From an uncultured Actinomycetota bacterium (GTDB lineage Bacteria > Actinomycetota > Actinomycetes > JACCUZ01), in contig CAWBMM010000017.1 of NCBI GenBank assembly GCA_963789855.1, positions 111,910 through 175,909 on the forward strand: a stretch of DNA of 64,000 nucleotides, written 5' to 3'. Both the position numbers and the translations under genes were made by a program. The notes under the pieces are model-generated. The model saw only the letters and a program-made list of their open reading frames with translations, was not told where the DNA came from and ran no database searches. Shown piece after piece: positions 35,343 through 46,852 of this stretch (within the stretch, counting starts at the first letter, position 1; every line of letters starts with the position of its first letter).

Positions 35343-36769
35343 TCAGATGTCGTAGTAGAGCTCGAACTCGTGCGGGTGCGGGCGCAGCCGGATCGGGTCG
35401 ATCTCGTGCGTCCGCTTGTAGTCGATCCAGGTCTCGATGAGGTCGTCGGTGAAGACGCCGCCCTCCTGCAGGTAGGCGTTGTCCTCCTCGAGTGCGGTGA
35501 GCACCTCGGGCAGCGACGCCGGGACCTGCGAGATCTCGGCGTGCTCGTCCGGGGCGAGCTCGTAGAGGTCCTTGTCGACCGGCTGCTCGGGCTCGATCTT
35601 GTTCCGGATCCCGTCGAGGCCGGCCATCAGCATCGCGGAGAACGCGAGGTAGGGGTTGGACGACGGGTCCGGCACCCGGAACTCGATGCGCTTCGCCTTC
35701 GGGTTCGAGCCGGTGATCGGGATGCGGATGCAGGCCGAGCGGTTGCGCTGGCAGTAGACCAGGTTGACGGGTGCCTCGAAGCCGGGCACCAGGCGGTGGT
35801 AGCTGTTCATCGTCGGGTTGGTGAACGCGAGCAGCGACGGGGCGTGCCGCGAGCAGGCCGCCGATGTAGTAGCGCGCCATGTCGGAGAGACCGGCGTACC
35901 CGAGCTCGTCGTAGAACAGCGGGTTGCCGTTGCTCCACAACGACTGGTGGCAGTGCATGCCCGAGCCGTTGTCGCCGAAGAGCGGCTTCGGCATGAACGT
36001 CGCCGTCTTGCCCGCGGCCCAGGCGACGTTCTTGACGATGTACTTGAACAGCATCAGCTGGTCGCCGGCATGCAGCAGGGTGTCGAACTTGTAGTTGATC
36101 TCGGCCTGGCCGGCGGTGCCGACCTCGTGGTGGGCGCGCTCGACCTGGATGCCGGCGGCGCCGAGCTGCGAGCGACATCTGGTCGCGCAGGTCGGCGTAG
36201 TGGTCGACCGGCGGCACCGGGAAGTAGCCGCCCTTGTACCGGGTCTTGTAGCCGCGGTTGCCGCCCTCCTCGACCCGCCCGGAGTTCCAGGCCCCTTCGA
36301 TGGAGTCGATGAAGTAGTAGCCCGCGTTCTGCTTGGTCTCGAAGCGCACGTCGTCGAAGACGTAGAACTCCGCCTCCGGCCCGAAGTACGCGGTGTCCGC
36401 GATCCCGGAACCCGCGAGGTAGGCCTCGGCCTTGGCCGCGATGTTGCGCGGGTCGCGGCTGTAGGGCTCGTCGGTGAACGGGTCGACGATCGAGAAGTTG
36501 AGCGCGAGCGTCTTCTCGGTGCGGAACGGGTCCAGGTAGGCCGTGGCGGGGTCGGGAATGAGCTTCATGTCCGACTCGTGGATCGCCTGGAAGCCGCGGA
36601 TCGACGAGCCGTCGAACATCTGCCCGTTGGTGAAGAAGTCGGCGTCCACCGACTCGGCTGGCACGTTGAAGTGCTGCATCACCCCGGGCAGGTCGCAGAA
36701 CCGGACGTCCACGAACTTGACGCCCTCGTCCTTGATGAACCGCAGGACCTCGTCCGCGTTGCTGAACAT
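35343..36769 (-). CDS. glnA: Glutamine synthetase type I, with 3 or more single-base frameshifts
   Basis: N-terminus [34 protein letters not shown] (ORF 35807..36769). Middle [25 protein letters not shown] (ORF 35326..36054). C-terminus [30 protein letters not shown] ... EFELYYDI (ORF 35343..35810). One shift is an inserted g (gcggcacgcc versus expected gcgcacgcc) near 35868. Confidence 0.9.
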
Positions 36770-36848
36770 CCATCCTCCTCATGAGCCGGCGGCCAACTGC
36801 CGTCTGGACGGGACGCTAGGGGGAGGGGATTTCCCTGTCGTGACCCGG

Positions 36849-37352
36849 ATGTTTCCGTCGTGTTACGGCTCCGGCAGTCGGCCTGCGGCCCCAACGTACG
36901 CTGGTCCGGTGGTGGAGAGGCGAGACGTCGCGACCTGGCTCGAGGGCCCGGGTGGCCGCCGGCCCCAACCCGGCGGGTACGCCGGTCAGCGGCTCGGGCT
37001 GCCGCAGCACGGGCCAGGCTCGATCGCCGGGTTCGGCGCCCGCCTGCTGGCCTTCGCCGTCGACTCGGTGATGTGCGCGGTCATCGCCTTCGGCCTGCTG
37101 CGCGACCAGGTCTGGACGACCGCGGTCTTCGCCCTCGAGGTCTTCGTGCTCACCTGGCTGGCCGGCGGCTCGGCAGGTCAGCTGATCCGCGGGTTGCGCG
37201 TCGTCCGCCTGGACGGCCGCCCCACCGGGCCGCTCCGCTCGCTGTTGCGCACGGTGCTGCTCTGCCTGCTCATCCCCGCACTGATCTGGGACCGGGACGG
37301 CCGAGGGCTGCACGACAAGGCGGCCGGCACCGCGGTGCTGCGGTCGCGCTGA
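36849..37352 (+). CDS. RDD-family membrane protein (Rv2219-like position next to glnA1)
   Basis: GFGARLLAFAVDSVMCAVIAFGLLRDQVWTTAVFALEVFVLTWLAGGSAGQLIRGLRVVRLDGRPTGPLRSLLRTVLLCLLIPALIWDRDGRGLHDKAAGTAVL. Start choice among 36849 (ATG) and 36909 (GTG) is uncertain. Confidence 0.65.
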   Translation: MFPSCYGSGSRPAAPTYAGPVVERRDVATWLEGPGGRRPQPGGYAGQRLGLPQHGPGSIAGFGARLLAFAVDSVMCAVIAFGLLRDQVWTTAVFALEVFVLTWLAGGSAGQLIRGLRVVRLDGRPTGPLRSLLRTVLLCLLIPALIWDRDGRGLHDKAAGTAVLRSR

Positions 37353-37361
37353 CCGTCAGCG

Positions 37362-38054
37362 TCAGCCGCGGGGGCCGCGGGGCATCCGGGCGTTGCGCGG
37401 CATCGGCCCCTTCGGGATCGGCAGGTTCATCGTGCCGAGCGCCTTGAGCCGCTTGTTGACCTCGGCAGCCTGGTCGGCCTTGAGGTTGCGCGGCAGCTTC
37501 AGCAGGTGCTTGTTGAGCTTGCGCAGCGGGATCTGCCCGGCCTCGTTGCCGGCCTGCAGGTCGTAGATCGGCACGTCCGGCACGAACCGGGCGACCTTCT
37601 TCTTCTCGGTCGCGAGCAGGCCGGTGACCCTCGTCGGCACGCCTTCGCCCACCAGCACGACGCCGGGCCGGCCGACGACCCGGTGCACGATGTCCTGGTT
37701 GCGCGTCACGGCCACCGCCGGGGTCACGGTCCAGCCCTTGCGCAGCATGTTCAGCGCCGCGGCAGCGGCACCCGGCTGCCCGTCGACCTGGGAGAAGGCG
37801 GCCTTCTCGGCGCGCCGGCCGAACACGAAGGTGCCGGCGAGCATCGCCAGCATCAGCCCGATGATCGCGGTGTAGACCGGATGTCCGACGACGAAGCCGA
37901 GCGCCAGCACGACCGCGAACGTCCCCACGACGACGGCCGCGGTGATCCAGCCCACCATCGGGTCGACCTTGCGGGTCATCGTGTACGCCGCGCGGATCTG
38001 CGCGACCCGGCCTTGCTTGGCCGGCGCGTCGCCGGGTGTGTCCTTGCGTGCCAT
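37362..38054 (-). CDS. DUF4191-family membrane protein (Rv2219A-like)
   Basis: MARKDTPGDAPAKQGRVAQIRAAYTMTRKVDPMVGWITAAVVVGTFAVVLALGF ... 2 TM helices and a conserved C-terminus. The position between the RDD gene and lipA matches mycobacterial synteny. Confidence 0.6.
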   Translation of the reverse strand: MARKDTPGDAPAKQGRVAQIRAAYTMTRKVDPMVGWITAAVVVGTFAVVLALGFVVGHPVYTAIIGLMLAMLAGTFVFGRRAEKAAFSQVDGQPGAAAAALNMLRKGWTVTPAVAVTRNQDIVHRVVGRPGVVLVGEGVPTRVTGLLATEKKKVARFVPDVPIYDLQAGNEAGQIPLRKLNKHLLKLPRNLKADQAAEVNKRLKALGTMNLPIPKGPMPRNARMPRGPRG

Positions 38055-38526
38055 GGCCGGAAGGATACGTGGCCCGCGGCCGGGCATCCCGGTCAGGCCG
38101 TCGAGCGCCTTCCGGCGGGGCGGTCGAGGCCGCCGGCTCCCGGGGCGGCAGGGCGGCCAGGACGTCGTGACCCTGCCGGGCCAGGTCGTAGCGGACCTCG
38201 AGGGCCTCGCGCGCGTTGCGCCGGGACCCCTCGGCCAGGTGGTGGGTGGCGGCTCGCAGGGCGGTGCTGACGAGCTCGGAGAAGGACGCCATCGGCGGCA
38301 AGGCTCGTGTCATGCCTCCACTGGACCCGACCACCGTTACGTGGGTGTGTCAGCCAGGGAAAGACCGGAGAAAACCTCGCGGCGGGTGCGGCCGCCACTG
38401 CGCCGATCCCGAACAACGCCGATCCCGGACAACGGATGTGGGAACGGGCCGAAAAGTGGCCGAACCAGTATCCGATGTGGGCGGAACGGCAGCGAGGCCG
38501 AGGCGACCCCCGGCAGCGCGAGCGGG

Positions 38527-39471
38527 TCAGGACGCCGGGACCGACGTGCCCTCGCGCGCCTCGATCGCCTGCCGGTAGAGCCTGCCGGCCCGGTAGGACG
38601 ACCGGACCAGCGGGCCGGACAGCACGCCGGCGAAGCCCACCTGCTCCGCCTCCGCCTGCAGCTCGACGAACTCCTCCGGCCGCACCCACCGGGTCACCGG
38701 GTGGTGCCGCGGCGACGGCCGCAGGTACTGGGTGATCGTCACCAGCTCGCAGCCGGCGGCATGCAGGTCGCGCAGCGCCTGGCTGACCTCGGCCCGCTCC
38801 TCGCCCATGCCGAGGATGAGGTTCGACTTGGTGACGAGCCCGGCCTCCCGGGCGGCGGTGAGCACCCCGAGCGAACGCTCGTAGGTGAAGGCCGGGCGGA
38901 TCCGCTTGAAGATCCGCGGCACCGTCTCGACGTTGTGCGCCAGCACCTCGGGGCGCGAGTCGAACACCTCGGCCAGCAGCTCCGGCCGGCCGTTGAAGTC
39001 GGGGATGAGGTTCTCGACACCGGTGCCGGGGTTCAGCTGGTGGATCGCCCGCACCGTCTCGGCGTACAGCCAGGCGCCTCCGTCGGGCAGGTCGTCGCGG
39101 GCGACCCCGGTGATGGTGGCGTAGCGCAGACCCATCGCCTGCACCGACTCGGCCACCCGGCGCGGCTCGTCCCGGTCCAGCGGCGCCGGCTTGCCGGTGT
39201 CGATCTGGCAGAAGTCGCAGCGCCGGGTGCACTGGTCGCCGCCGATGAGGAAGGTGGCCTCCCGGTCCTCCCAGCACTCGAAGATGTTGGGGCAGCCGGC
39301 CTCCTCGCAGACCGTGTGCAGGCCCTCGCGCTTCACCAGCGACTTCAGCTCGGTGTACTCCGGCCCCATCTTCGCCCGCGTCTTGATCCACGGCGGCTTC
39401 TTCTCGATCGGGGTCTCGGCGTTGCGGACCTCGAGGCGCAGCAGCTTGCGCCCGTCCGGAGCGATCGTCAC
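38527..39471 (-). CDS. lipA: Lipoyl synthase
   Basis: GTG start overlaps the lipB stop (GTGA). [13 protein letters not shown] plus radical-SAM [10 protein letters not shown], and [23 protein letters not shown]. Confidence 0.9.
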   Translation of the reverse strand: MTIAPDGRKLLRLEVRNAETPIEKKPPWIKTRAKMGPEYTELKSLVKREGLHTVCEEAGCPNIFECWEDREATFLIGGDQCTRRCDFCQIDTGKPAPLDRDEPRRVAESVQAMGLRYATITGVARDDLPDGGAWLYAETVRAIHQLNPGTGVENLIPDFNGRPELLAEVFDSRPEVLAHNVETVPRIFKRIRPAFTYERSLGVLTAAREAGLVTKSNLILGMGEERAEVSQALRDLHAAGCELVTITQYLRPSPRHHPVTRWVRPEEFVELQAEAEQVGFAGVLSGPLVRSSYRAGRLYRQAIEAREGTSVPAS

Positions 39472-40118
39472 GCCGTCCAGCGTACGTCGGCGGCGCGCAG
39501 CACCTCGACCAGCCGCTTCTCGACGAACGGCGTGGCCTCGGCGACGGTGACGTCGCGACCGGTCTCGCGACTGAGCGAGGTCACGGTGGCGTCCGGCAGC
39601 CCGCACGGCACGATCCGGTCGTACGCCGTCAGGTCGCAGTCGCAGTTGAGCGCGAAGCCGTGCATCGTGACGCCCTGCGAGACCCGGATGCCGATGGCGG
39701 CGACCTTTCGGTCGGGGCCGCCCGAGGAGCCGGGCAGCCACACCCCGGAGCGGCCCTCGACGCGCGTGGTCTGCACCCCCAGGTCCGCGCAGGCCATGAT
39801 CAGCGCCTCCTCGACCCGGCGGACGTGGGCGACCACGTCGATCGGGTCGGGCAGCGCGAGGATCGGGTAGCCGACGAGCTGCCCCGGCCCGTGCCAGGTG
39901 ATCTTGCCGCCACGGTCGACGTCGATGACCGGCGTGCCGTCGACCGGGCGCTCGATGTCGAGCGTGCGCTTCCCGGCGGTGTAGACGGGCGGGTGCTCGA
40001 GCAGCAGGACGGTGTCCGGCGACGTGCCGGCGACCACCTCGGCGTGCACCCGGCGCTGTGCCTCCCAGGCCTCCAGGTAGGGCACGAGCCCGGCGTGCAC
40101 CAGCTCCAGCTCGCTCAC
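39468..40118 (-). CDS. lipB: Octanoyltransferase
   Basis: 216 aa. [29 protein letters not shown] and [21 protein letters not shown]. Confidence 0.85.
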   Translation of the reverse strand: MSELELVHAGLVPYLEAWEAQRRVHAEVVAGTSPDTVLLLEHPPVYTAGKRTLDIERPVDGTPVIDVDRGGKITWHGPGQLVGYPILALPDPIDVVAHVRRVEEALIMACADLGVQTTRVEGRSGVWLPGSSGGPDRKVAAIGIRVSQGVTMHGFALNCDCDLTAYDRIVPCGLPDATVTSLSRETGRDVTVAEATPFVEKRLVEVLRAADVRWTA

Positions 40119-40229
40119 CCGGCCAGCGTACGCGGCGGGTGCGGTGCCCGGCTGCCCTGCATCCGGCGCCGTCCGGGATCATGAACTCCAGGGCGACCAC
40201 CTCGTCCCCGACCCGAGGAGCCGCCCCAG

Positions 40230-42332
40230 ATGCCCCGACCAGCGCTGCTCCGCTGGCTCGTCCCCGCCCTGCTCATCCTCGGCTGGCTCGGCATCGGCGC
40301 CGTGGCCGGGCCGATGGCCGGCAAGGTCTCCGACGTGCAGAAGAACGACAACGCCTCGTTCCTGCCGGCCAACGCCGAGTCGACCAAGGCCCTCGAGCTG
40401 GACAAGGCCTTCACCGGCAGCGAGACCGTTCCGGCGATCGTCGTGTGGGAGCGCTCCAGCGGCCTGACCGCGGCAGACCGCGCCGCCATCGACGCCGCTG
40501 CCCGAGAAGATCGGCGACATCGACGGCCTCTCCGGACCGCCGAGCCCCGTCATCCCGTCGAAGGACGGCGCGGCCGCCCAGCTGGTGGTGCCCCTTCCGG
40601 GTGCGGACAGCTTCGACGGCGCCGGCCCGATCGTCGCGGAGATCCGGGTCGAGGCGGCCGAGGTCCCCGCCGGGGTGTCGTCGCACGTGACAGGGCCAGC
40701 CGGGTTCATCGCCGACCTGTCCAAGGCGTTCGAAGGCATCGACGGCCAGCTGCTCGTGGTGACCGGGCTGGTCGTCCTCGTCATCCTGCTCGTCGTCTAC
40801 CGCAGCCCGGTGTTCGTCCCGGTGCTGCTGTCGGCCGGGCTCGCCCTCACGACCGCCCAGGCAGCGGCGTACCAGCTGGCGAAGAACGAGGTGATCACCC
40901 TCAACGGGCAGAGCGCCGGCATCCTGCTCGTCCTGGTGTTCGGTGCCGGCACCGACTACGCGCTGCTGCTCATCAGCCGGTTCCGTGAGGAGCTGCACGT
41001 CCACGAGCGGTCCTGGGACGCCATGCGGGTGGCCTGGCGGGCCACCGCGGTGCCCGTCATCGCGTCGGGGTCGACAGTCGTGATCGGGTTGCTGTGCCTG
41101 CTGCTGTCGGACCTCAACTCCAACAGGTCGCTCGGCCCGACGGCAGCGGTGGGCATCGTCTCGGCGATGCTGGCCATGCTGACCTTCCTGCCCGCCCTCC
41201 TGCTGGTGCTGGGACGGCGCTGGTTCTGGCCGTTCCAGCCCGGGTGGGCGACGAGCACGACGTCGAGTCAGGGGTCTGGGGCAAGGTCGCCCGGCTCGTC
41301 GGCCTGCGGCCCGTCGCGGTGGCGGTGGTGACCACGCTGGCGTTGAGCATCCTCGCCCTGTTCGCGGTGACGTTGAACGCGACGGGCATCGAGTCGACCG
41401 ACCAGTTCGTCGGCAGCTCCGACGCCGTCGACGGCCAGGAGGCGCTGCTGCGGCACTTCCCGGGCGGCTCGGGGTCGCCGGTGACGGTCTACGGGCCGGC
41501 GGACCAGGCCGAGGAGCTGCAGCGGGTGGTCGCCGGCACCGACGGGGTCTCCGACGCGGCGCTGGTCGGCCAGGACGGGGTGCCGGCGCAGTCCGGGCCG
41601 CCGAAGGTGGTGGACGGCCAGGTGCTGGTGCAGGCCACCCTCGAGGACGCCCCCGACAGCCCGGCCGCCGAGTCGACCGTGAAGCGGCTGCGGCTCGCCG
41701 TCGACGACGTCTCTCCGGAGGTGCTCGTCGGGGGCACGACCGCGGTCAACCTCGACATCAAGACCGAGTCGACCCGGGACGCGCGTGTCATCATCCCGGT
41801 CGTCCTGGCGGTGATCTTCGTGATCCTGGCACTGCTGCTGAGGTCGCTGGTCGCGCCGGTGCTGCTCGTCGCGACGGTGGTGCTCTCGTTCTTCGCGACG
41901 CTCGGGGTGTGCGCGGTGGTCTTCCGGCACGTGCTGGGGTTCGCGGGGATCGACCCGTCGTTCCCGCTGTTCGCGTTCGTGTTCCTGGTCGCGCTCGGCA
42001 TCGACTACAACATCTTCCTGATGACCCGGGTGCGGGAGGAGTCCTGGAAGCTCGGCACCCGGCCGGGCACCTTGCGAGGACTCGCGGTCACCGGTGGAGT
42101 CATCACCTCAGCTGGTGTGGTCCTCGCCGCGACGTTCGCCGCCCTCGGGGTGCTGCCGCTGGTGCCGCTGGCCGAGATCGGGTTCGCGGTGGCGTTCGGA
42201 GTGCTGCTGGACACCCTCGTGGTGCGGTCTCTGCTGGTGCCGGCCGTCACCTACCTGCTGGACGGGCGCATCTGGTGGCCCGGTCGCCTGGCGTCGGTGA
42301 CCGCCCAGCCGCAAGACTCGCAGGATGACTGA
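40230..42332 (+). CDS. MMPL-family (RND superfamily) membrane transporter, frameshifts near 40500 and 41250
   Basis: ORFs 40230..40988, 40585..41331 and 41094..42332. Twelve-TM MMPL topology with [35 protein letters not shown] and a periplasmic loop. Confidence 0.8.
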
Positions 42333-43345
42333 CCTGCGCGTCGCCCTCGTCGGCTATGGCATGGCCGGGCGCGACTTCCATGCACCTCTGCTGCGTGCGG
42401 TCGACGGGCTGCAGCTCACCCACGTCGTCACCGGCAACCCCGAACGGGCGGTGGCGGCGCGGTCCGAGAACCCGGGCGTCATCGTGCTGCCGTCGACCGA
42501 CGAGCTGTGGTGGAAGGCGGACGAGGTCGACCTCGTCGTGCTGGCCTCACCGACGAACGTGCACGCCGAGCAGGCCACCCGGTCGCTCGGTCGCGACCTC
42601 CCGACCGTCGTGGACAAGCCGTTGGCCACCTCGGCCGCGGAAGCGCGGGACCTGGCGGCGCTCGCGGCCTCCCGCGGGGTGCTGCTGACCGTCTTCCACA
42701 ACCGCCGCTGGGACCCGGAGCACCTGACGGCGCGGGCGGTGCTCGCGTCGGGGGTGCTCGGCGAGGTGGTCCGCTACGAGGCGAGATACGAGCGGTGGCG
42801 GCCGGTGCCGAAGGCGCGCTGGCGCGAGCAGTCGACCAGCACCGAGGGCGGCGGCGTGCTGATGGACCTGCAGCCGCACCTCGTCGACAGCGCGCTGGAC
42901 CTGTTCGGCCCGGCGGTCTCGGTGTACGCCGAGCTGGCGGCGCTGACGACGGTCGGCGACGACGTCGCGTACCTGGCTGCTGCACCACGCCTCCGGGGTC
43001 ACCAGCCACCTCGGCGCGACCTCGCTCGCGGGCGCCCCCGGGCCACGGACCCGGCTGCTGGGGCGGGAGGCCTGCTACCTCGTCGCGGGCGTCGACGACG
43101 ACCCCACGGCGTACGCCGCGTGGACCGACCGCGACGACGGGCACCGCGGGTGGCTGGTGCGCGGCGAGCAGTCCGAGCCGGTGCCGCGGGCGCCGGGGGA
43201 GCGGGCCGACTTCTACGTCGCGGTGCGGGACGCGGTGCTCGACGGGTCGCCGCCTCCGGTGGCCGCCGCCGAGGCGGTCGCGGTGGTCGAGGTCCTGGAC
43301 GCGGCGCGTCGCTCGGCCGCCGAGAACGCCGTCGTCGAGCTCTGA
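42325..43345 (+). CDS. Gfo/Idh/MocA-family NAD(P)-dependent oxidoreductase, frameshift near 42980
   Basis: [23 protein letters not shown] ... VVLASPTNVHAEQA ... LTVFHNRRWD. The C-terminus continues in ORF 43157..43345. Confidence 0.7.
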
Positions 43346-43429
43346 GGGCTGCGGCCGGCGGTCGCCTCTTGTCGGGGGGCGCCCGTAGCGTGAGCGCGCT
43401 CAGGAGAAGCTCGCACCGGAGGAGGAGCC

Positions 43430-43981
43430 ATGACCACGCTGACCGAGCGCCCGCACACCGCGCTGCTCGTCATCGACGTCCAGAACGACGTCATGGCCGG
43501 CGCACACGACCGTGACGCCGTCATCGCCAACGTCGCCGCACTGGTCGACCGGGCACGGGACGAGAAGGTGCCAGTCGTGTGGGTGCAGCACTCCGACCAG
43601 GGGATGCCGCGGGGCAGCGACGGTTGGCGCTACGTCCCCGAGCTCGCCCAGGACACCTCGGAACCGGTGGTCCACAAGCAGTACGGCGACGCCTTCGAGG
43701 ACACCGACCTCGAGGCCGTGCTCGCCGAGCGCAAGGTCGGGCGCCTGGTCGTCGCCGGTGCCCAGACCGACGAGTGCATCCGGTCCACGCTGCACGGTGC
43801 GATCGTCCGGGGCTACGACGCGACGCTCGTCAGCGACGCCCACACCACGGAGGACCTCACCGAGTGGGGCGCGCCCTCGCCCGACAAGGTCATCGACCAC
43901 ACGAACCTCTACTGGGGCAACCACCGCGCCCCCGGCCGCGAGGCGGGCACGGCGACCACTCGCGAGGTCAGCCTCAGCTGA
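43430..43981 (+). CDS. Isochorismatase-family cysteine hydrolase
   Basis: 183 aa. ALLVIDVQNDV ... VVWVQH ... RLVVAGAQTDECIRSTLHGA. Confidence 0.8.
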   Translation: MTTLTERPHTALLVIDVQNDVMAGAHDRDAVIANVAALVDRARDEKVPVVWVQHSDQGMPRGSDGWRYVPELAQDTSEPVVHKQYGDAFEDTDLEAVLAERKVGRLVVAGAQTDECIRSTLHGAIVRGYDATLVSDAHTTEDLTEWGAPSPDKVIDHTNLYWGNHRAPGREAGTATTREVSLS

Positions 43982-44001
43982 CCGCGTCGAGGGTGCCGGC
44001 C

Positions 44002-44742
44002 TCAGCCCAGTGCCCGGTCGATCGCCGGAATGCGGTCCACCAGCGCGGCAAGCGCGTGAGCGGCGTCGGACGGCGCCCCCAGCGCGACCAGGTTCGCCAT
44101 GCCCTCGTCGCCGGCCGCCGCACGGGCGGTGATGCCGTCCACCATCAGCTGGATCCGCCCCGGCACGGCGTGCAGGAGCTCGCGGGCCGGGTGCGCACCG
44201 TAGGTGTCGACGATCAGCCGCAGCCGGGCGGCCGCCCGCCCGGGGCCGACGTCCTCCCAGAGGGGAACGCCGTTCCAGGCGATGAACGCCAGCTCGAGCA
44301 GCGGTGTCGACGGGCCGGCGAGGTCCCAGTCGAAGACACCGACCAGGTCGTCCCCGTCGAAGCAGAGGTTGTAGAAGCCGAGGTCGTTGTGGGCGACCAT
44401 CGTCGGCTCCGGGACCTCGAAGAACCGCCACGGACCGCGGTGGTCGAAGTCGGCGACCGCCCGGTGGAAGGCCCGCGTCCAGCCGACCAGCGACACGAGC
44501 TGACCCGTCGTCAGCCGCTCGGTGGTCGCGTCGAGCACGTGACCCGGCAGGTAGTCGAGGACCTCGCGTCCCTGGTCGTCGATGCCGTGCACCCTCGGGA
44601 CGTGCGGCACCCGGCTGCCGACGTGGTCGAGCAGGGCGTGCACCGCAGCGGTCCAGGGGCCGGTCGGCCGGTGCACCCGGTCGCCGATGCGGACGGCGCC
44701 GCCGACGCGACCGACCAGTCGCTGCTCGTCGGCGCCGGGCAC
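44002..44742 (-). CDS. Aminoglycoside/choline-kinase-like phosphotransferase (APH fold)
   Basis: 246 aa. VAHNDLGFYNLCFDGDD (Brenner motif HNDxxxxN) and VGVFDWDLAG (DWD metal-binding motif). Confidence 0.7.
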   Translation of the reverse strand: MPGADEQRLVGRVGGAVRIGDRVHRPTGPWTAAVHALLDHVGSRVPHVPRVHGIDDQGREVLDYLPGHVLDATTERLTTGQLVSLVGWTRAFHRAVADFDHRGPWRFFEVPEPTMVAHNDLGFYNLCFDGDDLVGVFDWDLAGPSTPLLELAFIAWNGVPLWEDVGPGRAAARLRLIVDTYGAHPARELLHAVPGRIQLMVDGITARAAAGDEGMANLVALGAPSDAAHALAALVDRIPAIDRALG

Positions 44743-44747
44743 GGTGG

Positions 44748-45470
44748 TCAGGTCCCGAGCAGGCGCGGCTCGACGCGGGTCTCGACCGCGGTGCCGTCCG
44801 GGCCGCGTTCGACGACGTACGCCGCGGCTCCCGTCCGGTCGGCGACCGCCTCCACCAGCTCGGTGCCCTCGTAGACGAGCCCGACGCCGTCATCGGTGGC
44901 GTGCGAGGTCGGCAGCACCTGCTCGGCCACCAGCCGGTGCAGCAGGGGGCGGCGCTGCTCCTCGGAGTCGTAGTGGACGCCGTTGCCGTAGGGCAGCAGG
45001 GCCAACCCGTTGAGCACCGGGCGCAGGTCGCGGCCGAAGCTGTCGGTCGGCCCACCGACGTACCAGCAGATGGAGCCCGCGGACACGCCGCCGAGCACGA
45101 CGCCCTCCTCCCAGCACTCCCGGAGCACCTCGTCGAGGCGGTGGGTGCGCCAGACGGCCAGCAGGTTGGCCACCGACCCGCCGCCGACCCAGATGACGTC
45201 CTGGGACAGCAGGTGGGCCCGGACGTCGTCGACGTTGGGCATCATGAACAGCTCGAGGTGCGAGGCGCGGACGTCCGAGCCCGCGAACGCGCGGTAGAAC
45301 CCGGCGGTGCCGTTCAGGCTGTCACCGGTGGCGGTGCCGACGTAGCAGAACCGGGGGCGGTCCGGGTTGCCGGCGAGCGCGATCGCGTGCTCGATCAGCG
45401 GGCCGCGCTGCCACTGGAACGGGCCGAGGTCGGTGGGCAGGAAGCCGCCCGAGGTCGCCAGGATCTTCAC
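44748..45470 (-). CDS. Peptidase E / S51-family (type-1 glutamine-amidotransferase-like fold) peptidase
   Basis: 240 aa. MKILATSGGF ... IWVGGGSVANLL ... LGGVSAGSICW. Confidence 0.65.
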   Translation of the reverse strand: MKILATSGGFLPTDLGPFQWQRGPLIEHAIALAGNPDRPRFCYVGTATGDSLNGTAGFYRAFAGSDVRASHLELFMMPNVDDVRAHLLSQDVIWVGGGSVANLLAVWRTHRLDEVLRECWEEGVVLGGVSAGSICWYVGGPTDSFGRDLRPVLNGLALLPYGNGVHYDSEEQRRPLLHRLVAEQVLPTSHATDDGVGLVYEGTELVEAVADRTGAAAYVVERGPDGTAVETRVEPRLLGT

Positions 45471-45537
45471 CTGCCGACCCTACGACGACCACCCCTCCGC
45501 CGGCCGACCGGCCGCGCGTCGGTCACCTCCCCAGCGG

Positions 45538-46660
45538 TCAGGTCAGGCAGCTGCCGTCGCGCGCCCCGACGTAGGCGAGGCCGGCCCGGTCGCCGAGCTG
45601 GAAGTCCGCAGTGCCCTGCAGGCTCGGGTACATCACCTGGTCGGGGTTGACGGTGTGGCCGAGCCCGACGGCATGGCCGAGCTCGTGCAGCAGGAGCTCC
45701 CCGCCGACCGGGCCGCGCGAGGAGTCGAAGTCGGACCCTCGGGTGGCGAGCCACTCCTGCTCGACCACCATCTCCACCTGCTCGATGACCGCGGCCGTCG
45801 ACGTCCGGCGGGCCCGGTCGATCTGCGTCCAGCCGATGAGCCCGCCGGCCAGCTCGGGCGTCTGCGCCTCGGGTGACACCGCGATGACGAGGTCGGTGTC
45901 CGCCGGCCAGGCCGCCTGGGTGCGGCCGGAGAAGTCGACCCGGTAGTCGGTGCTGCCGGCGTCGACGAAGGTGAGCCCGGTCGCGACCGAGAGCCGGCGG
46001 ATCGCCTCGGTGAGGTCGGCCCCGAAGGTCGGGGTGGGCGGCGACTGGTAGAGGTGCACGCGGTACCTGATCGGGGTGCAGGGGTTCCAGCGGTACGCCG
46101 GGTCGCCGGCGTCCGAGGTCGGCATGAGGGTCCAGGCGTCGGCCGGGCCGAGCAACCCGGAGGGGACGCCCGGAGCGGTGGGGACCGCGACGACAGGGCA
46201 GGTCCCTGATGACGCGGACGGCGTGCCGGCGCGACCGCTTCGCCGGACCCCGGCCGGTCGCCGGGGCGAAGGCCCGGTAGACGGAGCGGGCGGCGAGCGA
46301 GCCGTGCCGCAACCGCACCGTGAGGCTGCCGTCCCGCCGGGTGCGGCCGGCGGCGACGGTGCGCCAGCGCCCGTGGGAGACCGCTTGCAGCAGCACGGTG
46401 CGCACCGGACCGGGGCCGCGGACGTGCATCACGGCGGTCAGGTCGGTGCCCGGCGGAACGTCGAACTCGGCTCCGACGGCGTAGCGGGCGGCTTCGAAGT
46501 GCAGGCTGACGCCGAGCCGGACACCTCCCCGACGGGACGTGGCAGCGGCCGCGGCGCTGATGTCGGAGTCGCCCCTCGGGGCAGCTGCGGGGATCAGTGC
46601 GGCGGCGGCCCCGAGCAGCAGCAGGGTGGTGATACGCGTCGCGCGTGCGTACCTCATGTG
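45538..46660 (-). CDS. Secreted zinc metalloprotease (matrixin/M10-like HExxHxxGxxH), frameshift near 46200
   Basis: Signal peptide and propeptide-like region in ORF 45467..46852 (MRYARATRITTLLLLGAAAALIPAAAP). Catalytic domain in ORF 45538..46155 (GGELLLHELGHAVGLGHTVNPDQVMYP). Confidence 0.7.
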
Positions 46661-46852
46661 CTGCTCCCGTCGGCGGCGAAATGCCTCCCTCCAAAGATCG
46701 GGATTGCGACGCGGTCGGCGGCAGAGGCGAAGGCACCCGCCTAGATGCACTAGGAGGCCAGGCAGCGGGGCCTGGTGGACGACTCCGGGCCCGCGCCGCC
46801 TGTGGACAACTCGGGCGCTGCCTGGTGGCGGCTGCGGCAGGCTCTGCGTCAT